Source: Candidatus Fimihabitans intestinipullorum
GTDB taxonomy: Bacteria; Bacillota_I; Bacilli_A; RF39; UBA660
Assembly: GCA_018714965.1 (NCBI GenBank)
Contig: DVML01000007.1
Coordinates: 74,610-138,609, forward strand
Reading direction: 5' to 3'
Length of the DNA: 64,000 nucleotides
The stretch's first letter is position 1; each line of letters begins with the position of its first letter. The notes beneath the pieces were generated by a model. That model ran no database searches. It saw only the letters and a program-made list of their open reading frames with translations, and was not told the DNA's origin. Made by a program: the position numbers and the translations under genes. Below are positions 45,276-54,586 of this stretch, one piece after another.

Positions 45276-46190
45276 ATGAAGGAATTAATCATAGGGTCAC
45301 ACGTTTCTTTTCAGAAAAATACACAACTTGTGGGAAGTGTAAAAGAAGCGATTAGTTATAGAGCGAATACATTTATGTTTTATACGGGAGCTCCACAAAA
45401 TACAGCGCGCTATCCGATCGATGATAGGTTGACGCAAGAAGGATATCAATTGATGGAAGAAAATGGGATCGATCCAGTAGATGTCGTCGTGCATGCACCG
45501 TATATCATCAATTTAGCAAATACTGCAAAACCTGATAATCACAGGTTCGCAATTCAATTTCTAAGGGAAGAGATGGATCGTTGCGCGAAATTAGGAATGA
45601 CACGTCTCGTTTTACATCCTGGAAGTCACGTGTCACAGACAAGAGAAGAGGGAATTCAAAATATCATCGATGGATTAAATCAGGTATTGACGAAGGAAGA
45701 AGTTACTTATATTTGTCTTGAGACGATGGCTGGAAAAGGAACGGAAATCGGAAATTTAGATGAACTGAAGCAGATTATAGAAGGAGTAGAACATTCGGAA
45801 TATTTGAAAGTATGCATCGATACTTGTCATTTGAACGATGCTGGATATGATATGACAAAATTTGATGATTTTTTAAGTGAATTCGATGAAAAAATTGGTA
45901 TCGATCGTATCGGATGTGTTCATGTGAACGATAGTAAAAATGTTTGTGGAGCGCATAAAGATCGTCATGAGAATATTGGTCTTGGGACGCTTGGTTTTGA
46001 TACGTTATACAAAATTGTGACACATCCAAAATTAAAAGATGTTCCTAAAATATTAGAAACACCTTACGTGACGAAAGAAGATAACGCCAAAGAGAAAGTA
46101 TATCCGCCATATCGATTTGAAATAGATATGTTTCGAAATGGTAAGTATGATACAGAGTTATTAGAACATATTAGAAATTTTTATAAGTAA
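45276..46190 (+). CDS. nfo: Endonuclease IV
   Basis: IGSHVS..., metal-ligand contexts HAPYIINL, LHPGSH, CIDTCH; start at the ATG behind ACGGAGG. Confidence 0.9.
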   Translation: MKELIIGSHVSFQKNTQLVGSVKEAISYRANTFMFYTGAPQNTARYPIDDRLTQEGYQLMEENGIDPVDVVVHAPYIINLANTAKPDNHRFAIQFLREEMDRCAKLGMTRLVLHPGSHVSQTREEGIQNIIDGLNQVLTKEEVTYICLETMAGKGTEIGNLDELKQIIEGVEHSEYLKVCIDTCHLNDAGYDMTKFDDFLSEFDEKIGIDRIGCVHVNDSKNVCGAHKDRHENIGLGTLGFDTLYKIVTHPKLKDVPKILETPYVTKEDNAKEKVYPPYRFEIDMFRNGKYDTELLEHIRNFYK

Positions 46191-46444
46191 GATTGATATT
46201 TTTCTTTAAAGTACTGATATAATTCAATCATTTTCTGATAAGTCTCGGGTCTAACTTCAGATTTTACCGCTTGAAATAGAGTTGTTGGATCTCCATATAA
46301 GACGGTTTCCCAATTTTGTTTGACATGATGGTAAAATAATTTTACTTCGTTTTCCGATAGTTTAATTCCTTGGGACATCGCAAAGTTTATAATATCTTTT
46401 TTAGTTATGTTTTGAATATACTTTCGAATGAAAAAATGATACAT
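46181..46444 (-). CDS. Small DUF2624-like protein
   Basis: 87-aa ORF, convergent with nfo and overlapping its 3' end by 10 nt; weak remembered resemblance to DUF2624. Confidence 0.35.
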   Translation of the reverse strand: MYHFFIRKYIQNITKKDIINFAMSQGIKLSENEVKLFYHHVKQNWETVLYGDPTTLFQAVKSEVRPETYQKMIELYQYFKEKYQSYL

Positions 46445-46526
46445 GATCTCACCTCTATTTATTATATGTGAGAGCTTGTAATAATGAACGAAGAATAGGA
46501 GTACACTATAGATAAGGAGTGATAAG

Positions 46527-47144
46527 ATGTATCGATTGATGAAATTGCCATATAGTTATGATGCGTTTGAACCGTTACTTAGTTATCAGACAATTTATTT
46601 ACATCATGATAAATTGTATACGAGTTACTTAGAACGTCTAAACAAATTATTAAAAGAATTAAATTATGATTATCGCTATTCTATGGTGGAACTATTGGAC
46701 CATTTGGATATTTTTCCCGTAGATCAAAGAGATCAAGTTTTGTTTTTACTAGGTGGGGTATTGAATCACGAACTATATTTTACATCTATGAGTCCTGAGA
46801 AAAATGTAGAACCAACGGGAGAACTAAGGAAACAGATTGAAAAACGATATGGTTCATGGGATGCATTCCAAATCGAAGTGATGCGTAAAGCCAATTTGAT
46901 GGTTGGAAGTGGCTATACATTTATCGTTGTAAATAAAAATCATGAAATAGAAGTGATCAATCTAAGCAATCAAGAGACGCCATATAGTTATGGTATGACA
47001 CCGATTGCCGCTCTTGATTTATGGGAACATAGCTATTATTTAGATGATTATTATAAACGCAATCAATATATTTCAGACTTTTTTTCTATCATTGATTTTA
47101 AAGAGATAGGAAAACGTTATGAGAAGACGATCAAAGAGAATTAA
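46527..47144 (+). CDS. sodA: Fe/Mn superoxide dismutase family protein (divergent)
   Basis: LPYSYDAFEP, LNHELYF, DLWEHSYYLDY; metal ligands present but the HHxKHH box reads HHDKLY. Confidence 0.8.
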   Translation: MYRLMKLPYSYDAFEPLLSYQTIYLHHDKLYTSYLERLNKLLKELNYDYRYSMVELLDHLDIFPVDQRDQVLFLLGGVLNHELYFTSMSPEKNVEPTGELRKQIEKRYGSWDAFQIEVMRKANLMVGSGYTFIVVNKNHEIEVINLSNQETPYSYGMTPIAALDLWEHSYYLDDYYKRNQYISDFFSIIDFKEIGKRYEKTIKEN

Positions 47145-49215
47145 TACACATCAAAATATACGTTATAGTTATTACAATAAATACAAGGATATGAAAGAAG
47201 TCATAGAAAAAAGATACAATATATTGATGATTTTAATTATCGTAATTATCATGATAATGATTGCAAATTTATTTTATGTTCAAATTATTCAAAACGAATA
47301 TTATATCAATCAAGTAGAGAAATTGACAGAGAATACAGTAGAAGGAAGTAGTGCACCACGAGGTAGAATTTACGATCGCAATCATCGTTTGATTGTCGAT
47401 AATATACCTGTGAAAGTGATTTATTATAAAAAGCCAAATGGAGTAACGACAGAGCAAGAGTTAGCACTTGCCATGAAAGTAGCAGAGTATATCAGTGTAG
47501 ATTATACAAAGCTGACAGATAAGCAATTGCGCAATTATTGGGTATTAAAAAATCCAGAAAAGGCAGATGCTAAAATTACAAAGAAAGAAAGACAAAAGGT
47601 AAAAGAGAGAAAATTAACTTCTAAGGATATCGAAAATTATAAATTAGAGAGGGTAACGGAAGAAGAGCTTGCTCAATTGACTGATATCGATCGCGAGGCT
47701 GCATATATTTATGCACTAATGAATACAGGATATTCTTATGCGGAAAAAGTGATTAAAAAAGAAGGAATTACGGATGAAGAGTATGCTAAGATTAGCGAAA
47801 ATGTAGCTAATTTAAATGGAATCAATACGCGTTTGGATTGGGAGAGAAGTTATCCTTATGGAGAAGTGTTTAGAACGATATTAGGAAGTGTTTCGACAAG
47901 TGAAAGTGGAATTCCATACGAGCTTAAGAACTATTATCTATCAAAAGGATATAGTTTAAATGATCGTGTTGGAACAAGTTATTTAGAGTATCAATACGAA
48001 GACGTTTTAAAAGGGGAAAAGAACGTATACGAGATTACGAATTCTGGAGAGTATAAGCTTGTAAAAGAAGGATCAAGAGGAAATGATATCGTTCTTACGA
48101 TCGATATTGAATTGCAAAAAGAAGTGGAACGTATTTTAACCGAAGAGGTATTGAAGGCAAAGACTGAGCCAAATACAAAATATTACGATCGTTCTTTTGT
48201 CGTAATTCAGAATCCAAAGACCGGAGAAATTCTCGCAATGGCTGGAAAACAAGTGAAACAAGAAGCGGATGGAAGCTACAAAGTATACGATTATACACCG
48301 GGAATTACAACTTCGCCGGTTGTTGTAGGATCCGTCGTTAAGGGAGCATCTCACATTGTTGGATATAATACAGGAGCGCTCAAAATAGGGGAAAAACGAT
48401 ATGATACTTGTATCAAGATTGCGGCGACTCCGATTAAGTGTTCTTGGAAGTATTTGGGAAATTTGGATGATATTACAGCATTGAAATATTCTTCTAATAC
48501 ATACCAATTCAATACAGCAATTAAAGTTGGAAAGGGAAATTACGTATACGATAAACCGTTATCGATCGATAAGACAGCATTTGATATTTATCGTAATACT
48601 TTTGCTCAATTTGGTCTTGGTGTAAAAACTGGGATCGATTTACCTGTTGAAAGTTTAGGATACAAGGGTAAGAGTGAAGTAACTGGACACTTACTGGATT
48701 TTTCTATTGGACAGTATGATACATATACACCAGTGCAGTTGTCACAATATATAGGAACGCTTGCTAATAATGGTACGAGAGTAAGACCTTACCTACTAAA
48801 AGAAGTTTATAAGCCAGAGAAAAAGCCACTACAAAATTTACTCAGTCAAACTTCACCTGAAGTACTCAATAAAGTGGACACAAAGCAAGAGTATTTGGAT
48901 CGAGTGGAAGAAGGATTTAAAGAGGTTATGACGACAAATGGAACGGGTAGTGGATTTATGAATTTAGCGTATAAGCCAGCTGGAAAAACAGGAACATCGC
49001 AGAGTTTTGTCGATACAGATGGAGATGGCGTTGTCGATCTTGAAACGATTACCAATACATTCGTCGCATATGCTCCTTATGATGACCCTAAAGTGACGTT
49101 CACAGTGATTTCACCAGATATCTATTATCAAGGAGCACCGTCATCGTATGAGTCGACAGTTAATAAACGTATTTCACAACAGGTATCAAATAAATATTTT
49201 GAAATGTATCCATAA
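47119..49215 (+). CDS. Penicillin-binding protein 2-type transpeptidase
   Basis: N-terminal TM helix; SVVK (SxxK), SSN (SxN), KTGT motifs; alternative start at 47191. Confidence 0.85.
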   Translation: MRRRSKRINTHQNIRYSYYNKYKDMKEVIEKRYNILMILIIVIIMIMIANLFYVQIIQNEYYINQVEKLTENTVEGSSAPRGRIYDRNHRLIVDNIPVKVIYYKKPNGVTTEQELALAMKVAEYISVDYTKLTDKQLRNYWVLKNPEKADAKITKKERQKVKERKLTSKDIENYKLERVTEEELAQLTDIDREAAYIYALMNTGYSYAEKVIKKEGITDEEYAKISENVANLNGINTRLDWERSYPYGEVFRTILGSVSTSESGIPYELKNYYLSKGYSLNDRVGTSYLEYQYEDVLKGEKNVYEITNSGEYKLVKEGSRGNDIVLTIDIELQKEVERILTEEVLKAKTEPNTKYYDRSFVVIQNPKTGEILAMAGKQVKQEADGSYKVYDYTPGITTSPVVVGSVVKGASHIVGYNTGALKIGEKRYDTCIKIAATPIKCSWKYLGNLDDITALKYSSNTYQFNTAIKVGKGNYVYDKPLSIDKTAFDIYRNTFAQFGLGVKTGIDLPVESLGYKGKSEVTGHLLDFSIGQYDTYTPVQLSQYIGTLANNGTRVRPYLLKEVYKPEKKPLQNLLSQTSPEVLNKVDTKQEYLDRVEEGFKEVMTTNGTGSGFMNLAYKPAGKTGTSQSFVDTDGDGVVDLETITNTFVAYAPYDDPKVTFTVISPDIYYQGAPSSYESTVNKRISQQVSNKYFEMYP

Positions 49216-49273
49216 GATATTTGACAATTTGAATAATTGTGATATATTATTGAATGGAACTTTTAAAAAGTCT

Positions 49274-49301
49274 TTGAAAATAACAAATTATTTGTTATAA
49301 T
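49274..49301 (+). promoter_or_regulatory. Promoter for rpmG
   Basis: TTGAAA, 16-nt spacer, TGtTATAAT. Confidence 0.5.
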
Positions 49302-49331
49302 GTTATTACGCGTGCAAAGGAGGTAACACAC

Positions 49332-49499
49332 ATGGCAAAAAAAGGAGAAAATAGAGAACGCATTACATTACAATGTACAGAGTGTAAAAGAGAAAACTAT
49401 CGTACTGAAAAAAATAAAAAGAATACAACAGAACGTTTAGAATTAAAAAAATACTGTGCAAACTGTAAAACGACGACAGTACATAAAGAGAAAAAATAA
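49332..49499 (+). CDS. rpmG: 50S ribosomal protein L33
   Basis: Absent from the ORF track (55 aa). Hand translation: [55 protein letters not shown], with AAGGAGG RBS and CxxC...CxxC. Confidence 0.9.
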   Translation: MAKKGENRERITLQCTECKRENYRTEKNKKNTTERLELKKYCANCKTTTVHKEKK

Positions 49500-49525
49500 A
49501 ATAAGGGTAGAAACCTTATTTTTTG
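49498..49525 (+). terminator. Terminator after rpmG
   Basis: ATAAGG-loop-CCTTAT plus TTTTT. Confidence 0.6.
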
Positions 49526-49543
49526 GGTAAAGGAGAAAAAAGT

Positions 49544-50101
49544 ATGATTAACATTAACGATATTAAAAACGGAATGACGATTGGATACGATGGATGCATC
49601 TATCAAATTATTGAATTTTTACACGTAAAGCCTGGAAAGGGACCAGCTTTCGTTCGTACAAAGTTAAAGAACTTAAGAACAGGAGCAACGATCGAGAAGA
49701 CATTTAACTCTAATATCAAGGTAGAAAAGATTCATATTGATAAGCAAGAAATGCAATTCTTATATTCATCTGGAGATACTTATACATTCATGAATATGGA
49801 GACATATGAACAAGTGGAACTTTCAAAGGATCAACTTGGAGATGATGTAAATTATTTAAAAGATGGTCTCGATGTTACAGTTATTTTCTATCAAGGAGAA
49901 ATGTTAGGACTTATGCTTCCTGATAAAATCGAAGTAGAAGTAACAGAAACGACGAGTGCAGTAAAAGGAAATACGACAAATAACGCACAGAAAGATGCTA
50001 CAATCGAAACAGGATTACTTGTAAAAGTACCATTATTTATCGAACAAGGAGAGAAAATCTTAGTTTCTACGAAAGATGGAAAATACGTATCACGTGCATA
50101 A
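49544..50101 (+). CDS. efp: Elongation factor P
   Basis: MININDIKNGMTI...KPGKGPAFVRTKLKNL; start at the ATG after AGGAGA, downstream of the rpmG terminator. Confidence 0.95.
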   Translation: MININDIKNGMTIGYDGCIYQIIEFLHVKPGKGPAFVRTKLKNLRTGATIEKTFNSNIKVEKIHIDKQEMQFLYSSGDTYTFMNMETYEQVELSKDQLGDDVNYLKDGLDVTVIFYQGEMLGLMLPDKIEVEVTETTSAVKGNTTNNAQKDATIETGLLVKVPLFIEQGEKILVSTKDGKYVSRA

Positions 50102-50171
50102 AGGGCAATGAGATTCATTGTTCTTTTATTTTTGGTTGTAGTATAATACTGGTATGATGTAGGTGATCGAT

Positions 50172-50756
50172 ATGAAAAAAATAACTTATATTACGGGAAA
50201 TCAATACAAAGTAGTTGGAGCGAAAGGATTTTTAGAACCTCTTGGATTTGAAATTGATGCAAAAGATATTGATTGTCCTGAAATTCAAGCAGATACGATG
50301 GAAGAAGTTGCAAAATTTTCGTCTAAGTATGCTAGTGACTTATTAAAGAAAAATACGTTGAAAAACGATTCCGGTTTGGTTATTCCATCATTGAAAGGAT
50401 TTCCAGGTGTATATACGAAATATGTAGAAAAAACACTTGGAGTAGATGGAGTTTTAAAGTTGCTAGATGAGATAGAAGATCGAAGTGCATATTTTATAGA
50501 AGTGCTTGCTTACACCGAGTATGGGAAAGAACCTGTTACATTTACCTCTAAGACGGAAGGAACGATTGCAAAAGCACCGAGTGGAGAAAATGGATGGAGT
50601 TGGGATTTTATATTTATACCGAAGGGAGAAAATAAAACATTAGCCCATTATCCAGATGATGAGAGATGGAAATTTTGGGATAGCACGGCTTATGTTCAAC
50701 TTGCTAATTACTTGAGAGATCAAGGAAGATTAGAAAAGATAGAGCGAAAGAATTAA
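50172..50756 (+). CDS. Non-canonical purine NTP pyrophosphatase (Ham1/RdgB family)
   Basis: ITGNQYK and NDSGLVIPSLKGFPGVYTKY motifs. Confidence 0.75.
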   Translation: MKKITYITGNQYKVVGAKGFLEPLGFEIDAKDIDCPEIQADTMEEVAKFSSKYASDLLKKNTLKNDSGLVIPSLKGFPGVYTKYVEKTLGVDGVLKLLDEIEDRSAYFIEVLAYTEYGKEPVTFTSKTEGTIAKAPSGENGWSWDFIFIPKGENKTLAHYPDDERWKFWDSTAYVQLANYLRDQGRLEKIERKN

Positions 50757-50822
50757 GCCTATAACACTTGCCTCAAATAAAAGGAAATAGTATAATACAT
50801 ATAAATTAGGAGGAGGTTGTGT

Positions 50823-51497
50823 ATGTTAGAAACGAAGAAACAAGGATTACTAATCGTAATTTCAGGTCCAAGTGGTGCTGGAAAAGGGACGATTTGTGCA
50901 GAATTATTAAAAAGAAATAAAAATTTATGGAAATCCGTATCGATGACGACGCGTAAGCCGAGAAAAGGTGAAGTGGATGGAGTTGACTATTTTTTTGTAT
51001 CTAAAAAAGAATTTAAGGAAAATATAAAAGAGAATGGGCTTTTAGAACATGCTATCTATGCAGATGAGTTTTATGGAACTCCGCGTTCTTATGTATTAGA
51101 ACATTTGAACAAGGGAGAAGATGTCATTTTGGAAATCGAAATACAGGGAGCACTACAAATTAAAGATGTCTATCCACAAGGGCTATTTATTTTTATTTTA
51201 CCTCCTAGTATGAGAACACTAAAAAAGCGTTTGGAAAATCGAGGAACAGAGACAAAGGAAAAGGTGTTAAAAAGATTCAAACGTGCTTATCAGGAAATTA
51301 ACGAGGTAACTAAGTATAATTATGTTGTTACAAATGATACTGTGGAAAATGCAACGAATAAGGTGGAAGCAATATTGATGGCAGAAAAATGTCGTGTCGA
51401 CCGTATTGAAGAGGTATACTTAGACACAGTAGAAGAAGAGTTACATGAGTCTCTTGTCGATAATAAAGAATTAAGTAATGAGGTTAAAGATTTTTAA
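50823..51497 (+). CDS. gmk: Guanylate kinase
   Basis: P-loop ISGPSGAGKGT and TTRKPRKGEVDGVDYFFV. Confidence 0.95.
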   Translation: MLETKKQGLLIVISGPSGAGKGTICAELLKRNKNLWKSVSMTTRKPRKGEVDGVDYFFVSKKEFKENIKENGLLEHAIYADEFYGTPRSYVLEHLNKGEDVILEIEIQGALQIKDVYPQGLFIFILPPSMRTLKKRLENRGTETKEKVLKRFKRAYQEINEVTKYNYVVTNDTVENATNKVEAILMAEKCRVDRIEEVYLDTVEEELHESLVDNKELSNEVKDF

Positions 51498-52375
51498 TGG
51501 AAATAGAAAAATATATAGAAGAAGCTTCATCGATGCCAGTATCTGCTCGTGGAGAAAACAGTGAGTGTTATTTGTTTCCTGATGTAGCATTATTGTATGG
51601 AGCGTATTATGAAGAGCATTTAAAGATAATGCAAAGGGAGAATGAAAAATTATGGAATCGAGGAATGATGGTTCCATGTGTAATAGAGTATTGTTTTACT
51701 GATGAAAATAGCAATCAGAAATATCGAGAAGGTTGGCTATTAGAAACGAGAGTCAAGGGAAAACCGTTGCATCAAACTTGTCCATTCCCATTGATTTTTC
51801 GTCCGACAACGAGAGAAGAAGTCGTATATAATTATGAAAAAGAGGCTCACAATGCAATGATATATGAGCGTGAACTAGAAAAATTAGCAACCGCCCCTCA
51901 GGTACATTACGATAAGTTTTTATCCGATATGTTAGAGTTAGGACAACATGAGTCATTGTGTTATGATGCTACGTATGCTTCTAATTTTCAATACGATTCA
52001 AAAGAGGGATTTGGATTTGTAGATTTAACACCGAGACATGTGATCGATACTCCTGATGTCGTTTGCTATTCTTATTTAAAAGTGCTGCTGGGAAAAGGAA
52101 ATATTTTAAAAGAGGATCGAGAGTTTGTAGAGACATGGATCGATCAGATTCTCATGAAATGTTGGATAGCAATGCAAAATAATCCGACTTTAAATAATCT
52201 TTATCGAAACATCGATGAATTAAAAGAAGATTGTTATTATAGACAGTTTCGAAAACTAGGCTTCATATTAACTCCTTTATCTTCTATGGAAGATTATGTA
52301 AATCGTGGAGAACAAGTGATCGAAACGTTAAAGAAAATGAATTTAATCAAAGAAGAAGATAAAAAAGTGTTATAA
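51497..52375 (+). CDS. Hypothetical protein, translationally coupled to gmk (weak kinase-like pattern)
   Basis: TAATG stop/start overlap with gmk; GWLLETRVKGKPLH and YDATYASNFQY...FGFVDL resemble APH/choline-kinase-type motifs only loosely. Confidence 0.4.
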   Translation: MEIEKYIEEASSMPVSARGENSECYLFPDVALLYGAYYEEHLKIMQRENEKLWNRGMMVPCVIEYCFTDENSNQKYREGWLLETRVKGKPLHQTCPFPLIFRPTTREEVVYNYEKEAHNAMIYERELEKLATAPQVHYDKFLSDMLELGQHESLCYDATYASNFQYDSKEGFGFVDLTPRHVIDTPDVVCYSYLKVLLGKGNILKEDREFVETWIDQILMKCWIAMQNNPTLNNLYRNIDELKEDCYYRQFRKLGFILTPLSSMEDYVNRGEQVIETLKKMNLIKEEDKKVL

Positions 52376-52378
52376 TTG

Positions 52379-52407
52379 TTGACAAAGTACATAGAATTAT
52401 GTATAAT
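52379..52407 (+). promoter_or_regulatory. Consensus sigma-A promoter of the infC-rpmI-rplT operon
   Basis: TTGACA, 17-nt spacer, TATAAT. Confidence 0.7.
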
Positions 52408-52409
52408 GT

Positions 52410-52556
52410 AATGGAATTGAAAAAAGGAAAGCAGAAGGAATCCACTTCTCACCCGATAGCTAAAGTTATGGGTAACAAGCCAAAAAGAGATATTATTGAC
52501 TATATAATATAACGATGTTTGGAAGATAAGTGGATACCTAGTATTCACTTTTTTTA
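52410..52556 (+). promoter_or_regulatory. infC operon leader with terminator/attenuator hairpin (L20-leader candidate)
   Basis: ~145-nt untranslated leader ending in AAGTGGATAC-cta-GTATTCACTT plus TTTTTT (52528-52555), immediately before the infC RBS. Confidence 0.55.
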
Positions 52557-52570
52557 TGGAGGTGTCAGTT

Positions 52571-53101
52571 ATCGCAAATAAAGAGAGAGATTTGTTTATC
52601 AACGAACAAATAAGAGCAAAAGAGGTTATGTTGATTGGTCCGAATGGGGAACAATTGGGAATTAAACCATTAAAAGACGCTCTAACATTAGCATCTTATG
52701 CAGGGTTTGATCTTGTTTTAATGAGCCCAAATGCCAAACCACCGGTTTGTAAGATTATGGACTACAATAAGTTTAAGTATGAAAAGAAAAAACAAAACAA
52801 GGAAAACTTAAAAAAGCAACGCGAGAGAAACTTAGAGATGAAAGAGTATCGATTAACAGTATCGATCGATGTTCACGACTTTAATACGAGAGTGAAAAAT
52901 TCATCTAAATATTTGGAAAAAGGTCATAAGATCAAAGCATCTATACGTTTCAAAGGTAGAGAGATGGTTCATATCGATCGCGGAAAAGATGTATTACATC
53001 GTTTCGCAGAAGCATTGAGCGAAATTTCTACAGTAGAACAAAAACCTGTATTAGATGGTCGTGTGATGACAATGATACTTGCGCCAAAGAAGGAAAAGTA
53101 G
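52571..53101 (+). CDS. infC: Translation initiation factor IF-3
   Basis: INEQIRAKEVMLIGPNGEQLG...; GGAGGTG RBS at 52558-52564 is spaced for ATC 52571. The track's ATG 52556 overlaps the RBS and has no SD of its own. Confidence 0.85.
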   Translation: MANKERDLFINEQIRAKEVMLIGPNGEQLGIKPLKDALTLASYAGFDLVLMSPNAKPPVCKIMDYNKFKYEKKKQNKENLKKQRERNLEMKEYRLTVSIDVHDFNTRVKNSSKYLEKGHKIKASIRFKGREMVHIDRGKDVLHRFAEALSEISTVEQKPVLDGRVMTMILAPKKEK

Positions 53102-53112
53102 GAGGGACATAT

Positions 53113-53313
53113 ATGGCTAAAAAGACACAAAAAACACACAAGGGAACAGCTAAAGTTTTAAAAGTAAGACCTGGTGGAACAGTAAAAATTGGAAAACCTG
53201 GAACGAGACATAACACAGGAAAGAAAAATGCTGCATCTAATAGAGCCGGAAGAAAGGGTTCATTATTAAGTAAAGCAGACATGAACAGATTAAAAAGTTT
53301 AATTAAAAAGTAA
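53113..53313 (+). CDS. rpmI: 50S ribosomal protein L35
   Basis: 66-aa basic protein, KTHKGTAKVLKVRPGG. Confidence 0.9.
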   Translation: MAKKTQKTHKGTAKVLKVRPGGTVKIGKPGTRHNTGKKNAASNRAGRKGSLLSKADMNRLKSLIKK

Positions 53314-53332
53314 GATTTAGAAGGAGGATATT

Positions 53333-53881
53333 ATGCCAAGAGTAAAAAATGGAACAATTCACCGTGCACGTAGAGCAAAGGTTTTAAAAGAAGCAAAAGG
53401 TTATTTCGGAAGTAAACACAGATTATATAGAACAGCAAAAGAACAGGTGATGCATTCACATAAATATGCATATAGAGATAGAAGACAAAATAAAAGAGAG
53501 TTCAGAAAATTATGGATTACAAGAATCAACGCAGCTTGCCGTATGAACGACATTAGTTATTCTAAATTCATCAATGGATTAACAAAAGCTGGTGTTACGG
53601 TAAACCGTAAGATGTTAGCTGAAATTGCAATCGATAACCCAAAGAGCTTTGCATCTTTAGTTACAATTGCAAAAGACGCTTTAGAAGGAAAGAAATTCGA
53701 GGAGACTAAAGCTCCAAAGACTGTGAAGAAGGAAGAAAAACCTGCTAAAAAAGAAAAGAAAGAAGAAGCAACAGATTATTCTAAAATGACAGTTGCAGAA
53801 CTTCGTAAGATTGCAAAGGAAAAAGGTGTAGAAGGAACTTCTACAATGAAAAAAGCTGAATTGTTAGACGCTTTAAAATAA
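53333..53881 (+). CDS. rplT: 50S ribosomal protein L20 with C-terminal K/E-rich linker and Rho_N/HeH-like domain
   Basis: First ~118 aa are canonical L20 (MPRVKNG...[24 protein letters not shown]); extension ends in [31 protein letters not shown]. Confidence 0.9.
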   Translation: MPRVKNGTIHRARRAKVLKEAKGYFGSKHRLYRTAKEQVMHSHKYAYRDRRQNKREFRKLWITRINAACRMNDISYSKFINGLTKAGVTVNRKMLAEIAIDNPKSFASLVTIAKDALEGKKFEETKAPKTVKKEEKPAKKEKKEEATDYSKMTVAELRKIAKEKGVEGTSTMKKAELLDALK

Positions 53882-53905
53882 GATGCCAAATGGTATCTTT
53901 TTTTG
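53881..53905 (+). terminator. Terminator after rplT
   Basis: AGATGCC-loop-GGTATCT plus TTTTTTT. Confidence 0.6.
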
Positions 53906-53977
53906 TTTACATTCGCTTTTTCTTTCATAGGTGAGAATTTGTAGAAGTGTGCTATAATGTTGGTAGGGGGAGTTTGT

Positions 53978-54559
53978 ATGTATCAGAATTATGTTGAGTT
54001 AAAAAATCAGATGGAGCAGGTAAAAGCAGAAAAGGAAGAATTAGCAAGAGCTTTTAAAGCAAAAGAGATCGATCTTGGCTTGGAGGAGTATTATGCTCAG
54101 ATGCAGGATTTACAGTTAAAAGAAAATCAAAGTAAAGCTTCTGTAGAGGAGTATCGCAAGGAACACAAGTTAGAAATTTCACGGGAGATGTTAAAAAGTT
54201 ATTTTGGATATGAACTCAATCCTGAGTATATCAAATCTATTCGTCCAGATGGAATGGCGATGCAAGTGGATGTGAAAGAAGAAAAAAGCATTAAACAGTT
54301 AGATAACGAGATTTTCAGTTGCTTGAAACGCGCGCGTGAAATGTTTCAAAAACATGAGATAGATGAATTTACATATACGGAAATTTTAAGCGCGGTTGCA
54401 ACAGTGAAAAAGGATATTTATCAGACACTTGGAGTAAAAGATGAGACAAAAGAAGCAAATGCGTCTATGCAACATTCAGGAGGGCCTTCATTACCTCTAG
54501 TATTAGGGCTTATCTTACTTATTGTTGTCATTGGAGTATGCTGGTTTTTATTGTTTTAA
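53978..54559 (+). CDS. Coiled-coil protein with C-terminal TM anchor, unknown function
   Basis: The track's ATG 53957 lies inside a TATAAT box, so the start is placed at the ATG after AGGGGGAG; hydrophobic C-terminus LPLVLGLILLIVVIGVCWFLLF. Confidence 0.45.
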   Translation: MYQNYVELKNQMEQVKAEKEELARAFKAKEIDLGLEEYYAQMQDLQLKENQSKASVEEYRKEHKLEISREMLKSYFGYELNPEYIKSIRPDGMAMQVDVKEEKSIKQLDNEIFSCLKRAREMFQKHEIDEFTYTEILSAVATVKKDIYQTLGVKDETKEANASMQHSGGPSLPLVLGLILLIVVIGVCWFLLF

Positions 54560-54586
54560 AATCTTTTCTTGAGAAAGGAGCAGCTC

